From the NCBI GenBank assembly GCA_002269645.1, contig NIVC01002568.1, forward strand, positions 1 to 43,743: DNA of 43,743 nucleotides, given 5' to 3'. Both the position numbers and the translations under genes were made by a program. The stretch is from Macrostomum lignano. Its lineage: Eukaryota. Shown here piece after piece: positions 32,827 through 43,743 of the stretch; within the stretch, counting starts at the first letter, position 1; every line of letters begins with the position of its first letter. Below the pieces are notes generated by a model, which saw nothing but the letters and a program-made list of their open reading frames with translations, was not told where the DNA came from and ran no database searches.

Positions 32827-35800
32827 ATGCCGTTCATCGCGCCGGCAACAAAAGTGCAGGCGAACGTGACGGAGAACACGGAGAGCCGGGAGGAGAAGGT
32901 GCGGAATGACAAGCGGAAGCTGGCCACCAGCGCGGCGGGGGTCGCCATCAACGGCATCGTGGCGCTGGCGGCTGACATCATCTTCATCAGCTACAGCTGC
33001 ACCGCGGCTCGGGGTACGGCGTTTGAGGGCTTTTGTGCACCCAGAGTCCAATTAGGAGTCCAATCTGCTCCCAGCACCCCCTGGCCCGCCTTCTATCAGG
33101 TGCTCAGAGACTCGCAGACTTCATTTTCCATCTCTTGAGCGCCCTTTGTGGGATGCACTTTGAAGCCCCGCCTTTGCCCTGCAGCTTGCTGGCGCGGCCT
33201 GTTCAGATTTTCAATTTCCGCCATTGCCTCCACCATTTCATTAACCTGACTGGGGGATTGAGCTGGCTCTCAGTGCATCATCATGCCAGGTGAGCTGGCT
33301 CTCAGTGCATCATCATGCCAGATGAGCTGGCTCTCAGTGCATCATCATGCAAGGTGAGCTGGCTCTCAGTGCATCATCATGCCAGGTGAGCTGGCTCTCA
33401 GTCAGTGCATCATCATGCCAGGTGAGCTGGCTCTCAGTGCATCATCATGCCAGGTGAGCTGGCTCTCAGTGCATCATCATGCTAGGTGAGCTGGCTCTCA
33501 GTGCATCATCATGCTAGGTGAGCCGACTCAAAAGTGTCAAGGAGCCAAAATATCCATCAGCAGCAGCTGCCCAGATCTCGCAGGTCTCGAATGACAGGAG
33601 CTCTCAAGGCCCTTCACCGAAACCAACTGAAAAACGAGCGGCTGCCTTGTTGCCGTAGTCAGCTCTGCCTGAGCTGCCAATCAAAGTGTGGGCAGGTTGC
33701 AAAATCTGCGAGCTGACAGCTTTCATACCCCCGATTTGCAGCTGCAGTTTTTCACTTTGCAAACAATGCGCCGGGAATAATTGGAAGCTTACCGCTTGCA
33801 TTGGGGGGGGGGGCGCTGGCTCTGGCCTGGCACTGGCAAACAGCGAAGAACAGAGGAAACAGCCGAAGCTGCGCGAAAACATTTTGTTCGCATCCGGAAC
33901 TCTGGGAGTCCGTGGGCTAGCTGTTTGCTCGCGGATAGTCCCTGGCTCCCGGCTCCTCCCGAGCTGGCTGAGACACTGCAAGCTGGCTGAGACACTGCAA
34001 GCTGGCTGAGACACTGCAAGCTGGCTGAGACACTGCAAGCTGGCTGAGACACTGCAAGCTGGCTGAGACACTGCAAGCTGGCTGAGACACTGCAAGCTGG
34101 CTGAGACACTGCAAGCTGGCTGAGACACTGCAAGCTGGCTGAGACACTGCAAGCTGGCTGAGACACTGCAAGCTGGCTGAGACACTGCAAGCTGGCTGAG
34201 ACACTGCAAGCTGGCTGAGACACTGCAAGCTGGCTGAGACACTGCAAGCTGGCTGAGACACTGCAAGCTGGCTGAGACTCGCCGCTCGTAATTCCCCCAG
34301 AGAAAATTCCTCTCGAAGACTATCTGAGAAAGTTTCATTCGCATCTTGAATGTTTGCACCTTCAGTAACTGTTAAGATCTCCCGAGAGAAGTTTGTCTCC
34401 GGCCGTTTCTCCTGATCCGAACCTGCGGCTGAAAGCCGAGTGGATGCGGACTGGCACTACCCTCTTCTGGCTCCCCCAATGCAGCTTCAACCCGCAGTGC
34501 TTGGCAATTTCCTCTCCCTCCGATCCGCCCCACTGTATTGCCAAAGCTTCCTTCGCCACTTCTTTTCCCTGTCTTCATCCCACAGCAGCCGCAGATAACG
34601 GCCCGGGCTCCCCTGCGCGTCCCTGAGAGAGCGTTTCCCTCGCCCCATCATCGCTGTTCCCCGTCGCGTGCAGTTTCGAGTTGCAGTTGCAAATTTGATA
34701 CTCAGACATTGGCCCAGATTATTCCCTACCCTACTCTAAACCCAAACCCTAGCAGACACAGAAGCCAGCTTTTCTGCCAAAAGTCCCTGGCAGCAGAGAG
34801 GACAAGTCTTGAAGTTTGGCCCAGCAGCTGGCATTGGCTGCACTCTGTATGGCACCTTAGACTCCACAGCATGCAGCTCTGGCTTGCGACTGCCGAATCG
34901 CTATCTCTGACCTCCCGAGTTCTTTAAAAGGATCAACTGAAGGCAGCGCAGCCCCAGTGGCGCAGATTCCGGCTGCACTCTCCGCCAGAACCCAAATGCA
35001 CTGGCTGAGCCCGCCGCTCCCACCCGCTCCTCTGCCCTACCTGTCTTCTAGCTCCTCAATCACGTTGCCATGGCAACAGACTGCTGAGAAGCTTGTTGGC
35101 TTGCGCAAAGTGAGGTACTCTGCGGATCCGGGAAGAAGGGAAAGGCAGCAGAGCAGGCCGCCTCCAAAAAGCCTCCAGTTTTATTCGCCCAACCCCGGGG
35201 CTGCCGGCCTCTCCTTCCGACCGAGCCGAGCCCGCCCACTCCAGCCAGCCCCGAGGCTCGGAAGCTGGGATCTCTCCGCGTTCCCCCAGATCCCGGGAAT
35301 AATTTCGACGTTTTTGTCAGCGGGAGCGGCCCGGCCACTTCCGATCCCAGCTCCGCTCCTTCCTGCGCGGCCGCCCCGCTGTGTTTTTCCTCTCGCATCT
35401 CATTTGATTTTCGTCCCGCTCTCCACGCCTTCCCCGATTTCAGCCTTTGCTCTGCTAAGCGGGGAGCCCTCAAATATTTGAGCAGTCCTTAGAGAAAAAG
35501 AGTGCGCGGCTTTCCCAACTGGCGGTCACGCGACCTCGGGGATCAGCCGTCTGTTTTTAGTCGCCGTTGCCGCGACGGGATCTGCTCAGCAATCTCAACG
35601 ATCTAAAAATCTGGGGAATTGGAATGCGATTTCAGACCTGCCAAGGCCCAGGAAGCACAGGAAGCATCCGCTCAAAATCACGCTTGACATTTTTTCACTC
35701 TGCCAGCGTTAAGCACCCTGGGATTAGCAAAAGTGAGATAATTGCCAGCAGCTCAATCCTGTTTCATCTGTTCCTCAGTGGAGTTGTGCTCACTAAACGA

Positions 35801-38299
35801 GCTCAATCCTGGGTCATCTGTTCCTCAGAGGAGTTGTGCTCACTAAACGAGCTCAATCCTGGGTCATCTGTTCCTCAGTGGAGTTGTGCTCACTAAACGA
35901 GCTCAATCCTGTGTCATCTGTTCCTCACAGGAGTTGTGCTCACTAAACGAGCTCAATCCTGTGTCATCTGTTCCTCACAGGAGTTGTGCTCACTAAACGA
36001 GCTCAATCCTGTGTCATCTGTTCCTCAGAGGAGTTGTGCTCACTAAACGAGCTCAATTCTGTGTCATCTGTTCCTCAGAGGAGTTGTGCTCACTAAACAA
36101 GCTCACAGCTGACGGTAGCCGATAGTCAGGCTTAGAAAGCGAGTTCAGACACGGATTCTATTTTTTGCCATTTGCCAATGGAAAAAGGGCAAACTGTTGT
36201 CCCCATTGACTGCTGCGGGCAGCCGGGCCAGCCCAGAGCCCTTTGAGCTCTCTTTGTTCCACGCTCTAATCTGCTCTAATTCAGGGGTCATCCACCCCTC
36301 CCTATCGACTGAGGAAGTCAGGTCGATGCGGGAGTCGGCCGGGAAACTTTTTCACGCCAGCTCCTCCTGTCTCCATGGCAACCGATGTGCCGGCCCCGCC
36401 CCCGGCAGCCGAGGCCATTTTTTCTCAGTTCGCATGAGCAAAAAATTCTCCGATGATGAGCTCAGCAGACTCCCACAGTTGCCTTCTTTGCCTGCTCTGC
36501 GCAAAAGTACGATAAACAGTCACTGAAAAACGAAGCTGCCCAAATCATTGTGCTGCAGTTGATGCGGAGCACAGTGGCAATTGGCATTAACTAGCGGGCT
36601 GCGGGGACGCTGCGACTCTGGCCAGCAATTTCGGCTGCAATTAGGAGTGCAAATCCTGAGTCAAGGCGGTGCGGCTACAGCTCAGGCTCTGCTCAGCCCT
36701 GGATTCGATCTACATGCTCAACCCTGCTATTATTGATGAAGCATGACATTAATTTCGCCAACTTGTTGACGAGCCTGAAAGCAGAATACGCTTCTACTGC
36801 AAAACTGCATTGGGTGTTGCTGCACTGGCGTGATAGCAGTGATTGGGAACCAACTTCTTTCGGCAGAGTTACCTTCTGGTTTTGTTTATAAATTGCCCGT
36901 AAGCGTGCCCCTTCACGGGGTGACGTTTACGGTTGTTAACGACCGGTCGGGCACCGCTCCTTTGCGCTCTCCCCTGCTCTGGCCGCTTTGTGCTCCGTGC
37001 GTACTCTCTCTCCCCCGTCGCACCCCCTCCCCCTCCGTATCTCTGCCCCGCGCGCACCCCCTCCCCATCCGTCTCTCTGCCCCGCGCTCACCCCCTCCCC
37101 CTCCGTCTCTCTGCCCCGCGCGCACCCCCTCCCCCTCCGTCTCTCTGCCCCGCGCGCACCCCCCTCCGTCTCTCTGCCCCGCGCGCACCCACCCCCGCTC
37201 TGGTTTTAAAGACTGCTCGCGTGTTTTGGCTCGCTTGTCTGTTTGCGCGAGTCAATTTTTCTTTTTGTCTTCTTTTATCTTGATTACAAGTTGCTTCACT
37301 TGTCTATAACGCTATTGCCGATCGCTTGTTTAACTCGAAATAAATCGTTTCATTGTCCCACGTCTATGCGGCTCTTTTGCGCGTCTGCGTGCCTCGTTCT
37401 CCCAAGTTCGGCCTCTCTGCCTTCGTGCTCCGACCGTGGAATTAACAAACTTCTTTCGACATTAATGAATGGGCAAATACCTACATAAGTACTTTGGAAC
37501 TCTGACGGGAATCCCTCCCAAAAATCCTCGCGAGCACTCGGGATTTGCCACGAGCCCTGCGTAATGCCAACGAGCACCGAAGAATCCGAAAATGCACTCG
37601 GGACTCCCCCAGCACTCCGGAAACTCCCCGCACACCAGCGGTCTCCCTTAGCGTCAGGACGCGGCACTCTCATCTCCCTCCCTCCCCGCACACCAGCGGT
37701 CTCCCTGAGCGCCAGGACGCGGCACTCTCATCTCCCTCCCTCCCCGCACACCAGCGGTCTCCCTGAGCGCCAGGACGCGGCACTCTCATCTCCCTCCCTC
37801 CCAACACACCAGCGGTCTCCCTGAGCGTCAGGACGCGGCACTCTCATCTCCCTCCCTCCCCGCACACCAGCGGTCTCCCTGAGCGTCAGGACGCGGCACT
37901 CTCATCTCCCTCCCTCCCCGCACACCAGCGGTCTCCCTGAGCGTCAGGACGCGGCACTCTCATCTCCCTCCCTCCCAAACCTCCGCAGGCATCGGCATCG
38001 GCATCGCCGTCGGCTCCTTCGCAGCAGCTTTGCTCAGCGTAACCCTTGGCTGCTGCGGCACCCGCCTGTTCCTGAACCCCTGCTTGATCATCACCAACTG
38101 CAGTCTCCACTGCCTCATCCTGGCGCTCAACGTGGCATTCGTGACCTGCTCGTTCCTCACGCGACTCAGCTCGGAACCGCACTGCACTGCCATGACCATC
38201 GGCATCACCGGCATCACCCTGCTCATGTACCTGCCCTGCTGCATCGCCGCTGCCGCCATCCTCCTGCACTGGCACCGCGACAGGGGCGCCCTCACGTGA
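32827..38299 (+). CDS. Small four-transmembrane protein (MS4A/CD20-like topology), about 165 aa; exons 32827-33013 and 37989-38299
   Basis: Joining G|GTACGG to CTCCGCAG|GC (phase 1) gives a stop-free 498-nt CDS with four hydrophobic segments and a Cys in each putative outer loop. The intron is about 5 kb. The family assignment rests on topology only. Confidence 0.6.
33255..33520. repeat. 32-bp minisatellite (TGAGCTGGCTCTCAGTGCATCATCATGCCAGG)n
   Basis: Direct tandem copies. Confidence 0.9.
33960..34280. repeat. 19-bp minisatellite (GCTGGCTGAGACACTGCAA)n
   Basis: Direct tandem copies. Confidence 0.95.
35064..35077. promoter_or_regulatory. Perfect RFX X-box palindrome GTTGCCATGGCAAC
   Basis: Exact 14-bp palindrome matching the X-box consensus, in GC-rich non-coding DNA. 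Function untested. Confidence 0.55.
35750..36105. repeat. 50-bp minisatellite (GCTCAATCCTGGGTCATCTGTTCCTCAGAGGAGTTGTGCTCACTAAACGA)n
   Basis: About 7 tandem copies. Confidence 0.9.
36369..36382. promoter_or_regulatory. Second X-box-like site GTCTCCATGGCAAC
   Basis: Matches GTHNYYATRRNAAC. Confidence 0.45.
37005..37197. repeat. C-rich tandem array (CCCCCTCCGTCTCTCTGCCCCGCGCGCAC-like)
   Basis: Degenerate tandem copies. The - strand is G-rich. Confidence 0.8.
37625..37975. repeat. 58-bp minisatellite abutting the acceptor of the four-TM gene's exon 2
   Basis: About 6 copies at 58-bp spacing. Confidence 0.9.
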
Positions 38300-39526
38300 C
38301 CTTGCGCGACTCCCGAGTTGCAGCCTGACCCCCGCTGGCTGAGGACCGCCGGCTGGAGTCGGACAGTGTGGATTTCTATATTGAAGACCGAATCCGAAAT
38401 TTATTAGCGAGATAGAAATTTCATGATCTGGTCATGCGGGACAAGATTTGTGTTCGATTGGAGGCTTGAAGAAATTCCATCGGAGACTCAACTTGATAGG
38501 TTTTATAGCAAGCATTGCATCAAAGGCTTTTCACCCCAAAGGCTTTTCTGAAAATCCAGTTCAAAAAAATGACAGGCAAAATGAAAGTTAAAATTTCTAC
38601 GGAAGTGTGCTTGAAATTGGCTTGCCTTTCAGTCTCCAGCTTAAGTATGGTTATGCTTTAAAATAATTGACTTGTCGAACCACCCCGGTTGAACCCGCAC
38701 TGGCTTCATAATTGTTGTCGGGAACTCCAACCTTTGCTTCGAATCCGTCCTGTATATTGAAGGCCCTCGTAATTTGGTTCTCAAATTTTCTCATTTTGTT
38801 CCCCCATCAGCCCGCTGCATGAGCTGGTCTGCTTATGGCAGAAACTGGCAAGACTCACTCTTGTGTAAAGTGCGAATCCAGACTGAAAATGAAGAAAACG
38901 AGCACTGCAAATAAACCAGCAATTATGCCTCGTACGAGGCACTCTTTTGAGTTGCGAATATGAACGCATTTGGCAGGAAACTTTGATTTGCTCTGGGACG
39001 CACTGTCAGAACGGTGAGCAATCAGTGAATTCTGTATTATTGAGAGCAGCAAACCACACTGTCACAGAGTTTCTACAATACTCCTCTCACGATAGGTTCA
39101 AAATATGCTGCAATTCTACCTGTAAATTTATCCGAAACGGTAAATTACATCTTTAAACATTGAGGAGGCAGAGGTGGCTACTATAAAAGTACATAGCGCA
39201 GAACAGAGCAGCCGCCCTAACTAGCAGCTCGTATTTAGCGGGACATTTTTTCCGCGCCAGAGCTTGAGTCAGAATTGAGTCAGAATAGGCAGCAAAAAAC
39301 TATGCTGTAAAATGTATATTGAAAACTGTAGCTCGCCATGATGCAGAAACATGTAACGCACATACTCACCTGTAGGAAACAAACAAAAATTAAAACGCCT
39401 TTTGTTTTTCCCGCTGTCTATGCAAATGAAAACCCAGTTCCGTCAAAACGATTCACATATTCAGTTGAAATAAATATTCATCATTGCTCCAGAGAGTGCT
39501 CGAGCCTCTCTCACTGCTCCAGCCGC

Positions 39527-41730
39527 TCACCAGGGCTCTGGCATCAGCTCCAGATCATCGCCAAACGGGATGGGTGAAGGTGACAACGATGCGAGCGGTG
39601 ATGCGGTGGTTGGAGGCAGCGCCAATGTCTGCAGCGCTGTCGAATTCGGCGGGGCCGGATCAGCGTCCACGCTGTCCGTACCGACCCCATTGAGGTCGTC
39701 CGCGCAGCGTCCGAGAAGGCCGGCTATCCGAGCGAAGAGGCTGCCGTCATCTCCAGTGGCAGGCCGAAGTCGACAGTCGCGGCGCCGCTGATGGTCGTGC
39801 ACAAGCAGTTCGGTAGGAGTGCCTGTCTTGTCGGCGTTTTCAGGCTCTGTAACCTCCACGCGTAGTTGCGGCTGCTGGATGGCCATCACCGGGAGGAAGT
39901 CCCGTCTGTGCTTGTACAGGGCGAGCTGGCGACCTTCCGGGTCCACGCGACACCACAAGCTGACCCAGCGGCCGGAGAACCAGGCCGTCACGTGACCCTT
40001 GAGGCTCTCCTGGTTCTCGTCAAGCGCGCGCACGCTGCGAAATCGAGCTAGCAGCTGGCGGTGTCGATCGGAGGCGAGCTCCGTGGGCTCCGCACCCGCT
40101 GCTATGCGGCAAAAGAAGCAGCAACGCAGCGATTTGTCGCCTCCCCAGCTGGTTTGTGCCTGGTAGCTGGTGCAGTCCGAGCAGAAGGCGCCCCACACAC
40201 TCGGCAGGAGAGGCGGCGCCGCTGCAGCAGGCGATAAGTGGCTCCACAGCCCTGACAGCGTGACGCTTTGTCAAGAGGCGTCATCACTGGCCGCCCAGTG
40301 CGCCCAGCAGCCCGTTCCCATGGCAACAATTGATCATCACCTTCAGTCGGAGAGTCAAAGAACGGCACACCAAGTCTGCGCAGCTCCATGGCCCAGTCGC
40401 GGCACTCGCGGACACCGTCGCTACCGCTGTCGCTGCTGTCCCCGCGGGCTTCCTCTTCGGCTCCTCTGCGGCTGCCGAATTCGAGCTGCAGCCGGGCATC
40501 GCTGTCAGTGTCCATGCGCAGCAAGCAGCCCTCGCAGCCGAGTACACGGAGGTCGCCAGGAACCGGCAAAGCCCGCTTGGCAGTCCAGGTCTCCTGGCGG
40601 AAGCGGCTTGGCGCGCAGATGAGCAGAGTGCGCCTCGACAGCAGGAGATAGCGCGGCTTCTCCTCCTGCCAGGCGCGGCCGTGGCGGAGACAGCAGTGCG
40701 CGAACTCCTCCCAGTGAGGTGCCAGCGTGGCTGGGAAAGCCACGGAGCGAAGGAGCTGCAGCCTCTCCTGAAAGGCGGAGAAATCGCGTAGGCTTTTCTC
40801 TAGCTCACTAAGCGACTCCAGAACGGTGTTTTTGGCGCGATGCGCGCTGACAAAATCCACGTGGCCGGATCCAATTTCTTCGAGGTAGCGATCCAGCAGC
40901 ATGGGGTAGCGCATTGGCCGCTGCACTGGCTCCAGCAGCAGAGCCCGCAGGTCAAGTTGCGCTTCCACCTGATCTGTGCATTGCTGCCGCAGCTGGGCGA
41001 ACTCTCGCCTAAAGGCTTCATCGGTCATCCAGCCACGGACAGTTGCAGTTGTCTGCGGAAATGTCGAATAGTAAGTACTGTAGCTCTTGAGCTGATGGCC
41101 ATACTGGCACATGAGCTGTCCGAGTTGCTGCTCGCTTTCCAGTAGGTCTGACAGCAGCTGCTCATGCAGCAGCCGCATGCTCTGGAAGTGTCCAAAGACG
41201 CGCTTTAGCTCATCCTGGCTGCAGCAGGTCAGCCGCCGTTCCTGCACTGCACTCTGCAGTCCGAGATAGTACACGTCGAACACCAGGCCAAGCCGGCGCA
41301 CGTAGGTTCGCTCTGTGGTCATGAACTCCTCAAGAGCACTGGCGTAGCTCGAGCTGGACGCTTCCGCAACAGCTTCGTTTGACGCGTCTGACTTTCGCTG
41401 AACGTCCTCGCCGAGTGGAGGAACATCATTGATACGAAGAGCGTCATCATTATCTGAATCATCAGATCCCGGCACCTCCTCAGATAGGTGGCAGCTGCCC
41501 GCGGCAGGGACCGGAGCGCTGTTCGCGAGAGGCACAGCTGCGGTGCCGTCGCAGCTGCAGCTCAGCCGGAGTCGCAGTTGACCGGAAGAGTCGCGGCTTA
41601 GCTGAGCCAAAACAACTGGTCCGAGCTGCTGCTGCTTCTGCTCCTCCTGCTTCTGTCGCCTTGGATCTTCTGGGCCAATTATTTGCAACGAATCCTCACA
41701 GCCATGGTCCCAAGTGATGACCAGTCGAGA
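39527..41730 (-). CDS. FGD/frabin-type Cdc42 GEF (DH-PH-FYVE-PH); one large exon, N-terminal exon(s) not located
   Basis: DH motifs ALEEFMTTERTYVRRL and LLEPVQRPMRYPMLL. First PH RYLLLSRRTLLIC. FYVE CQGC...CRVCG.AFCSDC...RCCFFC. Second PH LWCRVDPEGRQLALYK. A 1-nt frameshift at about 40192 joins the two track ORFs. Putative acceptor TTCCGACAG ending at 41731. Confidence 0.85.
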
Positions 41731-42923
41731 CTGTCGGAATCATGAGAGGAGAATTCACTTTGATGAGAGACGAGATTAGGGTCATAATGGGTCATATCAT
41801 ATGCGTCTGGAATTTATAGTCTCACATGCCTGTCACTTCCTTTGTCCTCCTGAACTATATTATTCTTTTCTCTCCGCCCTCTCCTCTCCATTATCCTCAA
41901 TCTTCTCTCCTGTTCCCTAACGTCTAATTTAAGGTCTAATTTAAGGAGAGTCAATTTTTTGGCCCAAAGACAAAAAGGTTGCAGACCCTTACGGTTAGAG
42001 TGACGAAGATTCAGTACAGATTAGAATTTGCCCTTCTTCAAAACTTGGTGCTTCAAAAGCAACGCAGAAATCTGCTCCCTGTGCTCCCTGCTCTGAACCG
42101 CGAGTCATTGTCAAGTTAGGCTCACCGGGTCGGCGATTTCCAAGCTAAAATTCAAGCCGGTGAAGTTTTGCCGATTTCCGTTCGCCATCAGTTCGCTGCT
42201 ATTCACAGCAAAGATTCGAGCACAGTGCAAGGCGATGGAGAAGCTATTTTAAGCACTATGGTACTAAAACTTGAGTAGTGATGCCATCAGTCTTATAGAG
42301 CTTGAAGCTGCGTCTCCTTTTAATACCTTGCTAGCAAAGAGGCGTCATTTTTACCTTTGAAGCGGGCTGCACAATGTACTTGCGGGGCACAGTTGCAGCG
42401 AACAAGCTGTACAGACAACGGTCGAGCTTGAGAGGGCAGAAACAGCCGTTTCTATTGTCTTCGAATCTCTGCACAGTAGGAAAGCAGCCGGACCACCCCG
42501 CTCACTTCCAGCTTATGCACGCGCACTCGTACCATCCATTCGCTGCATTAAATGCTGCGGACCGACGTAACCAAATTAGACACTATTTTTATTCATTAAA
42601 GCAGATATGCGAGCTTGATAAGTCGCAGCAATTTTTCAGCCAAAGTCGACCATTTCTCTCATGCCAATGTGGATGCTGAAAATACAATGTTTCCAGTCCC
42701 AGAGAAAGTCTTTGTTTCTTTCGTATCAAGCAGCAGACATACATTCTTTGTGTTTGGGGCATGGTTGCAGACAGTTGGGTCTGGGTCTCTATTGGTGCAC
42801 AGAAACCCCAGCACTGACCGCTAATAAAGCATTTTGCGCCCAGTTTAAATTTATGGCCAATTTCATTTGATCCTTGACCTTGATCTTTCACTTGACTAGT
42901 GGCCGATGCAGAAGCAGTCGACG

Positions 42924-42970
42924 CAGGGACTACTTAAACTCCACTGGCACAGTAGTTTAAGTAGTCCCTG
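42924..42970. mobile_element. hAT-type micro-MITE (47 bp) with perfect 17-bp TIRs
   Basis: CAGGGACTACTTAAACT (42924-42940) and AGTTTAAGTAGTCCCTG (42954-42970). The 8-bp TSD AGTCGACG lies at 42916-42923 and 42971-42978. Confidence 0.85.
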
Positions 42971-43743
42971 AGTCGACGATGAACAGTCTGTGCCATTCGC
43001 ATTAAATAAACGCGACACATCACAAAAAGATTTTGCTTCTAGGACAGCAATGACTTGAGTTGATCTTCGACGGCAACCAGCATCGATACAGACTCTGCAT
43101 CCAAGCAGAATATTTTGTTATCTTTCTCTGCAGAGAGTTGGTCATTTTCGTCAAAATTAATTTCTTCCTTCTCTATGCTGTTCACTACAATAAAAGTTTC
43201 AATACGTATATTACATTCTTCACGCCATTTTGTTTAACAAAACCGAGATTAATTGACAAACTTTACTTGCATAATACACAAGATACGTCGAAACTACATG
43301 TCGTTGAAATGATCTGAGCGAACAGACTCGCTTGGACTGCATTCAGTATTGGAATGACGTGTGCCGAACTGTATATTAGCTCAGTTGGACCATGCTCGTA
43401 CAACTGCAAGCAAACTGCAAAATTAGTCATTGCTGTGGTAAACAGGGATTGAGAAATCGGCCCTAAGATGCGTCATGCTGTGGCCTGCGCAAACAGCCGT
43501 TAATTCGTTCTGCTTTAAACGGTAGTCGATCCTAAGGAAGACGAGGGGTTGCTTTTGTCTTAGTATTTTAAGAGCAAAAATACACGCAAACCGCCAAGTC
43601 CCATTAGAGTGCCCCACTTCTGATTTTAAGTCCTTGGTCCGCGTGGGAGGGCGCGGGATGCCTCCAGGATAAATACAGCAGCAACCACAAGGCTGTGCGA
43701 CCACAAGGACCTGCTTCAATAGCAACCTGTTTGCAATGGCGCT

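Noticed and set aside
34736-34752. Telomere-like TAAACCC/AAACCCT motif
   Set aside because: Only about two imperfect units, which is expected by chance.
40185-40198. FGD-type GEF as a pseudogene or programmed frameshift
   Set aside because: A single missing base in a G run, like the two DGAT1 indels, is typical of long-read error. Downstream domains are intact and there is no slippery-site signature.
40314-40327. Third X-box-like sequence GTTCCCATGGCAAC
   Set aside because: It lies inside the GEF coding exon and can be explained by codons.

Overview
This is eukaryotic genomic DNA from an animal. It has GC-rich spliced exons, AT-rich spacers and introns filled with minisatellites. The style resembles the flatworm Macrostomum, but that assignment is inference. 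Genes on the + strand, in order: the 3' part of DGAT1, MRPL46, ferrochelatase, a gene for three tandem PCIF1/CAPAM-like cap-adenosine N6-methyltransferase units (about 1283 aa when spliced, no WW domain), a 13-exon CARMIL/LRRC16 gene and a small two-exon four-TM protein. On the - strand: a secreted Cys-rich orphan and an FGD-type RhoGEF (DH-PH-FYVE-PH). The window also holds a complete tRNA-headed SINE with a 15-bp TSD, three 33-47 bp hAT-type micro-MITEs with perfect 8-bp TSDs, and about 20 different tandem-repeat arrays. The standout is the triple PCIF1-like gene, with domain-specific intron presence/absence and a mosaic pattern suggesting gene conversion. All exon models were built by eye from homology and GT-AG sites, and no database searches were run.
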